Origin: Micromonas pusilla
Taxonomy: Eukaryota
Assembly (NCBI GenBank): GCA_000151265.1
Contig: GG663750.1
Coordinates: 124,195 to 156,194 of the forward strand
Length of the DNA stretch: 32,000 nt
Direction of reading: 5' to 3'
Shown: in pieces, positions 22,752 to 28,866 of the stretch
How the letters are laid out: every line of letters begins with the position of its first letter
Numbering within the stretch: the stretch's first letter is position 1
The notes under the pieces: generated by a model
Databases searched by the model: none
What the model saw: the letters and a program-made list of their open reading frames with translations, nothing else
What the model was told of the DNA's origin: nothing
Translations under genes and position numbers: made by a program

Positions 22752-25679
22752 ATGGCGTCCTCGTTCGCCGTCGCCGCGCCCGGGCTCGCCCGCGCCGGCA
22801 CCTCCATGGTCCCCCGCTACGGCGCGCGCGGTCGCGCGTCCGCGCCCGCGCGCGTCGCCGTCCGCGCGCGCGCGGTCGTGGAGGCGCCCGCGAACCTCGA
22901 GCGGCTTCGGATCATGACGCCGTGGGAGATCGCGCAAGAAGAGCTCAAGACGACGTTCGGGATGTCCGAGGAGGACATCGCCGCCGCGGGTGCGCTCTCG
23001 GACGAGGACCTGACGAACGCGTACGAGACGATGCAGCTGTGCCGCGACTTCGAGAACGAGTGCAACCAGGCGTACATGGCGGGCAAGATTCGCGGCTTCA
23101 TGCACCTCGACAACGGCCAGGAATCTATCCCCGCGCTCCTCTCGAACGCGATCCGCAAGACGGACCTGAAGCACTCGTACTACCGCGACCACTGCCACGC
23201 GATCGCGTGCGGCGTCGACCCGGGCGCGGTCATGGCCGAGATCTTCGGCCGCGACGGCGGCTCGTGCAGAGGCACCGGCGGATCCATGCACGTGTACGAC
23301 GTCGAGACTAACTTCCAAGGCGGGTGGGCGCTCGTCGCCGAGCAGCTACCCTACGCCGTCGGAGCCGCGCGGTCGATCGTCCTCGACAAGCACCTCGGCA
23401 CGGGCGAGGCGGAGGACCGCATCGCGATCGTCTTCGTCGGCGAGGGCGGCGCGCAGAACGGACGGATGGCGGAGTGCCTGAACGCGGCGGCGAAGGCGCG
23501 TTCTATCTCACACTGGTCCCCATACGACCGCGTCGGCGTGGTGAACGCCGATCCTTAAGGACTTTACTTCCCGTCGCATCTCTCCGCCCAGGGTCCCTCG
23601 CGTTCAATACCCGCCCTCGGCGCCTTTCAACTCCATCTGACGCCTTTCAACTCCACCCCGACGTCCGCTCGTATGGAACGGCCCTCAGGAAAACCTTCCG
23701 ATTTTATTCCTCGTCATCGACAACGGTCGCGCGATCAACACGTTCACGAAGGACGTCGCGACGAACCAGGAGGTGTTCAACCAGGGGAAACACTACGGCA
23801 TCCCGGGCATTCTCGCGGACGGGCAGAACGTTCAGGACACGATGCGCATCGGGCGAGCGGCGATCCAGCACGTTCGCAATAAGGGCCCGGCGATTCTCCA
23901 GGTGCACACGTTTCGGTTCAACGGGCACTCCCCCGCGGACCCCGAGCACGAGCGCAACCGCAAGGACGAGAAGCGCTGGGCGCGCGCGACGTGCGACCCG
24001 ATCAAGATCTTCGAGGAGTCGGACGACGCGAAGAAGGTGGACCAAAAGGCTGCGCTGGCGAGGGCGCGCGATGAGGTAGCCAAGGCGCTCGCTTTCGCCA
24101 ACGCGTCGCCGCCGCCGCCGAAGGACCTCGCCGCGAAGCTCGAGTACCCGGACCCCACCGGCGAGGTGGATTACTCCGCGCGCGAGCCGGAGATGGGCCT
24201 GGAGCTCGCCGCCGCGGTCACGAAGGCGACGGTCCCGGAGGCGACGCTCACCGCGCTCGCGGCGAGGATCGACGCGCTGCGCGCGATGGCGGGGAGCGAC
24301 GCGGGCATCTCCATCGGAGACGCCGTCAACCTCGCGATTCTCGAGGAGATGGTCCGAGACCCGACGTGCGTCGCGCACGCGGAGGATCTGCAGGCGGGGA
24401 GCTCGTACAACATCCCGGCCAACACGCAGCAAGCGTTCGGGACGCTGCGAGCGGCGGACGAGATCATCGACGAGGGGCACTTCATCGGAAAGGCGCGTTC
24501 TGTACACTGGTTCCCATTACGACCGCGTTCGCGTGGTGAACGCCGTTTCTTAAGGACTTTGCCCGGCGTGTCTCTCCGCCCAGGGTCCCTCGCTTTCAAT
24601 CCCCGCCCTCGACGCCTTTCAACTCCAACTGACGCCTTTCAACTCCACCCACGCCTTTGAACCCCATCGGAAAGGCTCTCGGGGAGGCGATGAACGGGTA
24701 CCGACCGATCGTCGAGCTCATGAACGCCAACTTCGGCATCTACGGCATGGCGGAGCTCTCCTCCGCGGGGAACACGTTCGCGACGACGGGCGGGCAGTTT
24801 AACATGCCGATGACCGTCATCGGCGCGGGCGGGACCGCGCCGAACCAGTCGCTGGGCGCGGAGCACTCGCAGCCGTTTCACGCGTACATCATGGGTATTC
24901 CCGGGTTGAAAATCTGCACCGCGTCCAAGGCGCGTTCTATCTCACACTGGTTCCCATACGACCGCGTCGGCGTGGTGAACGCCGATCCTTAAGGACAGGA
25001 CTTTCTCTCCCGGCGCATCTCTCCGCCCACCCCTCGCCGCTTTCAATCCCGACACACCTCGACGCCTTTCAACTCCGCTTCTGACGCCTTTCGACTCCAC
25101 CCCGACGTCGTCGCTCGATGGACCCTCGACCCTAAGCCCCACGAAGCCTACGGCCTCGCGAAGAGCATGATCCGCGACAACGGCCCGGGCGTGCTTCTCC
25201 TCCCGGTGAAGCTCATGAAAACCCGCGGGCCGTGCGAGGTGGACAACTTCCTCCCGTTGCACAAGGCGACGCTGCAGCACGAGGCGTCGGCCGCGTCGAT
25301 CGCCGCGGGCAAGGCGGTGACCGTGCTCACCTACTTGCACGGCACGAAAGAGAGCGAGGACGCGATCGAGACGCTCACCGCGGAGGGGTACGACGTCGAC
25401 CTCATCGAGCTGACGTGCTTGAAGCCGTTCGACAAGGAGACGATCCAGGCGAGCCTCGCGCGGACGCACAAGCTCGCGATTCTCGACGAGAGCACGCGGA
25501 GCGGCGGCGTCGGCGCGACTTTCAGCGCGCTGGTGAGCGAGGAGCTCTTCGACGAGCTCGACGCGCCGGTCAGGAGGTTATGCATGGAGGACGCGCCGGT
25601 GCCGTACGCGACGGAGATGGAGCGGGTGATGGTGAAGCGCGCCGCGGATTTGGTCGAGGGCGTCAAGTCCATGTGCTGA
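22752..25679 (+). CDS. Fused 2-oxoacid (pyruvate/acetoin-type) dehydrogenase E1 alpha-beta protein with an N-terminal presequence
   Basis: join(22752..23495,23689..24492,24675..24929,25137..25679), about 780 aa, all introns phase 0. Alpha part: MHLDNGQESIPA...YYRDHCHAIACGVDPGAVMAEIFGRDGGSCRGTGGSMHVY...VFVGEGGAQNGRMAECLNAAAK|ENLPILFLVIDNGRAINT...VHTFRFNGHSPADPE. Beta part in the same frame: ISIGDAVNLAILEEMVRDP...DEIIDEGHFIGK|ALGEAMNGYRPIVELMNANFG...LGAEHSQPFHAYIMGIPGLKICTASK|PHEAYGLAKSMIRDNGPGVLLLP...LKPFDKETIQASLARTHKLAILDES. Confidence 0.85.
23496..23688 (+). mobile_element. Introner element type A (near-consensus copy); intron 1 of the E1 alpha-beta gene
   Basis: 193 nt, phase 0. Sequence GCGAAG|GCGCGTTCTATCTCACACTGGTCCCCATACGACCGCGTCGGCGTGGTGAACGCCGATCCTTAAGGAC...GGCGCCTTTCAACTCCATCTGACGCCTTTCAACTCCACCCCGACGTCCGCTCGTATGGAACGGCCCTCAG|GAA. 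Confidence 0.92.
24493..24674 (+). mobile_element. Introner element type A, 3'-truncated, flanked by a 12-nt direct repeat; intron 2 of the E1 alpha-beta gene
   Basis: 182 nt, phase 0. CATCGGAAAGGC occurs at 24483..24494 and at 24665..24676. The donor is GGAAAG|GCGCGTTCTGTACACTGGTTCCCATTACGACC. The element ends ...CAACTCCACCCACGCCTTTGAACCC, followed by CATCGGAAAG|GCTCTC. Confidence 0.9.
24930..25136 (+). mobile_element. Introner element type A; intron 3 of the E1 alpha-beta gene
   Basis: 207 nt, phase 0. Donor TCCAAG|GCGCGTTCTATCTCACACTGGTTCCCATACGACC, acceptor ...GTCGCTCGATGGACCCTCGACCCTAAG|CCC. Splicing joins ...LKICTASK|PHEAYGLAKSMIRD. Confidence 0.9.
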
Positions 25680-26085
25680 GAGTGGAAGAGGGGCGGGGGG
25701 GCGGAATGAACGCGCTCAATTATTGTGCATACTAATCAATGAAACCGAGTTTTGTTACGTCGTCGTCTCGCGACGCTCGACCGCGCGACGGCGACGGCGA
25801 CGACGACGAGCCCCGCCGTCTCTGCCAAAAAAAACCAAAAGAAAACCAAAAAAAAACGTGTGTACAGTACTACGATTATACGACGTACGCGTACTTCCGT
25901 ACGCGCAAACAGTTTGCTCGAAATCAGACGCGCGAGAGCCACTGAGCGCGCGCGAACGAGTGACCGAGAGAGCCACGCTGGCAAACGCGGGCTTCGTGCC
26001 AGCCCAGAGCGGCGACCTCCTTCATCGTCGCGTCGCCGTCGCGCCGCGCACACGAGACGCGCCACCGCACGCACCGAAAACAAAG

Positions 26086-27344
26086 ATGGCCGCCGCTACC
26101 ATGTCCGCCCTTCGCGTCGTCGCGCCCGTCGCGCGCGTCGCCGCCGCGCGCAAGACCGTCGTCCGCGCCGCCGCGAAGGTGCGCGCGCGCGTCGATCCCG
26201 CCGTCCGCCGCGCGTCGTCGCACGTGTCGTGGGGATAAAGCCCTCCGATCGCGTCTTCTTATCTGCCGCTGACGCCCCTCCCCGCCCGCCGCGCGATCGT
26301 CTCCTCGCCGCAGCCCGCCGTCCGCGGCTCCGTCGTCGTCCGCGCGAGCGACTCCGACGTCACCGCTCGCCTCGAGGACGCGCTCAAGGTGCGCGCGCGG
26401 CGCGATGCCCTCCGAGTCTCCGCCCGCGGTCGTCGCCCCTCTCGTTCGTCGTTCCGGGGTCCCGCGGAAGAATGCGCAGCGGCGCCGACGGTTCGGGCGC
26501 GCGCTTCCGCGCGCGCGCGCGCGCGCGCGTCGCGCGGGAACGCGCGCCCGCGCGTCGCAGCCTCGCGCGACGCGCGCGACGCGCCGATCGCGCGCGTCGC
26601 GGTGCGCGCGACGCGCGCCGCGCGCGCGGATCGCGCGCCCGAGCCGCGGCGGCCGGATCTCGCTTCGTTCGTCGGGTCTTCGAGACGGCGTCGTTCGTCT
26701 CTCTTTCGCGCTCAGTCAACGAAACCGATCGCCGCGCGCGCCGTCGTCGAACCCTAAACCTAACCCCTAACCCTCCCCCGCGTCGTCCGTCCGCGACCGC
26801 GACCGCCGCAGATCGCCGAGGAGTGCGTCGACGAGTGCGCCGCGATGTGGGACGAGGTCGAGGAGCTCTCCCAGGCGGCTTCCGACAAGAAGCCCGCGCC
26901 CGCGGAGATGGACCCCGTCCCGATCAGGTGAGACTGCTTCCCGTACGACCGCGTCGGCGCGGTGAACGCCGTTTCTTAAGGACTTTTCCCGGCGTCTCTC
27001 TCCTCCCACCCCTCGACGCCACCGCTGACGCCTTTCAACTCCACCGCTCGTCGTGCGCGCGCAGCGAGAAGGACATGAACTTCATCAAGGAGACGCAAGC
27101 GGCGCTCGCCGCGGCGAAGAAGGGCGCGGAATCCGTCGACGTCGACACCCTCCGCTCGCTCGAGTCCGCGGCCGCGTCCGCGAAGAAGGTGACGGTGTCG
27201 AACGCGCGTCTGGATTCGCTGACCAAGGCGCTGGACCAGGCGCTCGAGGCGGCCAAGGCGTGCACGGGCGACGACTGCGCGATCGAGTGGGAGACCGTGG
27301 AGGAGATCTCTCAGGCGAAGTCCCGCGCGCAAAACGCGGATTAA
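26086..27344 (+). CDS. CP12: CP12-like chloroplast protein with two Cys-pair/AWD_VEEL-type modules
   Basis: join(26086..26178,26314..26388,26812..26927,27065..27344). Sequence MAAATMSALRVVAPVARVAAARKTVVRAAAK|PAVRGSVVVRASDSDVTARLEDALK|IAEECVDECAAMWDEVEELSQAASDKKPAPAEMDPVPI-S-EKDMNFIKE...AKACTGDDCAIEWETVEEISQAKSRAQNAD*. The CP12 hallmark C...C.AWD.VEEL appears twice. Exons 1 and 2 (the transit-peptide part) are less certain. Confidence 0.7.
26508..26529. repeat. (CG)11 alternating tract inside the 423-nt, very CpG-rich CP12 intron 2 (26389..26811)
   Basis: Run cgcgcgcgcgcgcgcgcgcgcg. The surrounding intron is dominated by GCGCGC-type strings and shows no IE similarity. Confidence 0.8.
26928..27064 (+). 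mobile_element. Introner element mosaic: type B head plus shortened type A tail; intron 3 of the CP12-like gene
   Basis: 137 nt, phase 2. Sequence ATCAG|GTGAGACTGCTTCCCGTACGACCGCGTCGGCGCGGTGAACGCCGTTTCTTAAGGACTTTTCCCGGCG...CGCTGACGCCTTTCAACTCCACCGCTCGTCGTGCGCGCGCAG|C. Confidence 0.88.
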
Positions 27345-27576
27345 TTAATAATTCACCGCGCGCGCGCCTCGACGAGAAGAAGGCGAGAACGCGTCGCGCG
27401 TTCTTCGTTCTTGAGGTTCGCGCGCTGAAGGTACGAATTCATTCGTTTGGAAAGAGAGAGGAGAGGGAGCGTGGGCGCTCGAAGTCGTCGGTTGGACCCG
27501 CGGCAGGCGGTGTCTCCGGCGCTGGTAATACATAAACCTTACTACTACAATATACGTTCACTACACGAACTATCGG

Positions 27577-28562
27577 TCAGTCGTACGACACGTCGACGAC
27601 CGCGCGCGGGGTGTGCTGCCGCACGACCACCTTGGCGAGCGCGAGGAGCTTCGACGCCGCGGCGTACGTGGGGTTCGCCTGCATCCCGCCCTTGGTCGGC
27701 GTCGAGATTTTTTCTTCCTCTTCTCGGACGTTTTTTCGTTTGTCCGCGGCGCCCGACGAGGACTCTTTGCCCGCTTCGTTCTCTTTCCCCAGCGGCGTCG
27801 ACGGCGCCGGCGTCGCCCCCGCCGCCGCGTCCGTCGCCGCGTCGCCCCGCACGTTCTCCGGCAGCGCGCTGAGCGACGACGACGAATCGCTCGTCGCCGC
27901 CGCGTTGTCGCCCGCGGCGGCGTCGATCGCGAGCTTCCCTTCGAAGTACACCACCTCCGTTATCCCGGACTGAATGATCAGCTTGCTGCACTCGTTGCAC
28001 GGATACATGGTGACGTACATCGTCGCCCCGTTCAAGCTCTGCGAGTTTTTATTCATGATCGCGTTCATCTCCGCGTGGCACACGTACGCGTATTTAGTCT
28101 CCATGGGGTCGTCGGTGGGCGAACGCTTGGCCCAAGGGAGCGATCGATCGCTGCACCCGCGCGGGAAGCCGTTGTACCCGACGCCGGAGATGACCTTGTC
28201 CGCGCCGACGATGACCGCGCCGACTTGCTTGTTCGGGTCCTTGCTGCGCTGCGCGGAGAGGAACGCGACGGACATGAAGTAGTCGTCCCACGAGAGATAG
28301 TCGCGCCGTCCCTCCGCGCTGAACGGATCGGGTTTCTTCTTTCCGACGCCGCGCCTCGAGAGCGGCGGCGTCGCGGGCGCGTCGCATCGCGGGCAGACGA
28401 CGGAGAGCTCGGAGGAGGAGGAGGAGGACGGCGCCGGCGGCTTGGGCGGGTCGAGCTCGCGCGGGGATCTCAGCGACGCGACCGTCGGCGCCTTGGACGG
28501 CGTCCGTGGCGGGCTCGACGACGACGGCGAGATGGGGATCTTCTTCTTCGTGCGCCGATCGC

Positions 28563-28600
<38 letters not shown>

Positions 28601-28692
28601 CGTCGATCGAGGAGGGATTTCATGATGTCCTGGAGCTTCGCGCCCGCGAGCGCGGACGCGATCGCGACGAACGCGACGTTCACGCCGGCCAT
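27577..28692 (-). CDS. dCMP (deoxycytidylate) deaminase with long low-complexity N- and C-terminal extensions; intronless
   Basis: Track ORF of 371 aa, ATG 28692 to stop 27577. Core [28 protein letters not shown]...[11 protein letters not shown]...[12 protein letters not shown]...[25 protein letters not shown] carries the CDA zinc motifs HAE and PCxxC. Confidence 0.9.
28564..28599. repeat. (GTCCGC)6 hexanucleotide repeat encoding (AD)6 in the dCMP deaminase N-terminus
   Basis: Run gtccgcgtccgcgtccgcgtccgcgtccgcgtccgc, translated [12 protein letters not shown] on the minus strand. Confidence 0.85.
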
Positions 28693-28866
28693 GACGTCGC
28701 GGACGACGAGCTGGCCGATCGATGGCGCGAAGTTTTGAATGAAACTCCCTCCAAGTCAGCAAAGCACTCGCGTAAAACGCGCGCTCCGACAGATGACGAC
28801 GTCACACTAGATCCGCGCGCGGGCCACGCGCGGCGAACGCACAGCACAGGCGACACGACGCGCGCG
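28693..28866. promoter_or_regulatory. Short divergent intergenic region, putative bidirectional promoter (dCMP deaminase / GST-like)
   Basis: 174 bp between head-to-head ATGs at 28692 (minus) and 28867 (plus). No motif was validated. Confidence 0.3.

Noticed and set aside
23511-23558. Recurrent peptides in the ORF track (HWSPYDRVGVVNADP, TGPHTTASAW, LVPIRPRRRGERRSLRT, AFQLHPDVRSYG), considered as a possible conserved protein domain shared by many genes
   Set aside because: They are simply the three-frame translations of the introner element. They always sit at positions where excision restores conserved host protein sequence, and two of the three frames end in stops inside the element.
26750-26775. 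Telomere-like AACCCTAAACCTAACCCCTAACCCT in CP12 intron 2, and AAAACCCTAACTCACCCCTAAC at 14237..14258 in the ankyrin gene's last intron
   Set aside because: Both lie 35-60 nt upstream of an acceptor AG and contain CTAAC, the canonical branch-point core. They are degenerate and very short. They are best read as branch-point regions, or possibly telo-box-like motifs, not interstitial telomeres.
25752-27344. 530-aa plus-strand ORF spanning the whole CP12 locus
   Set aside because: Only the last 93 codons (27065..27344) are coding. The remainder is Arg-rich read-through of UTR, introns and an introner.
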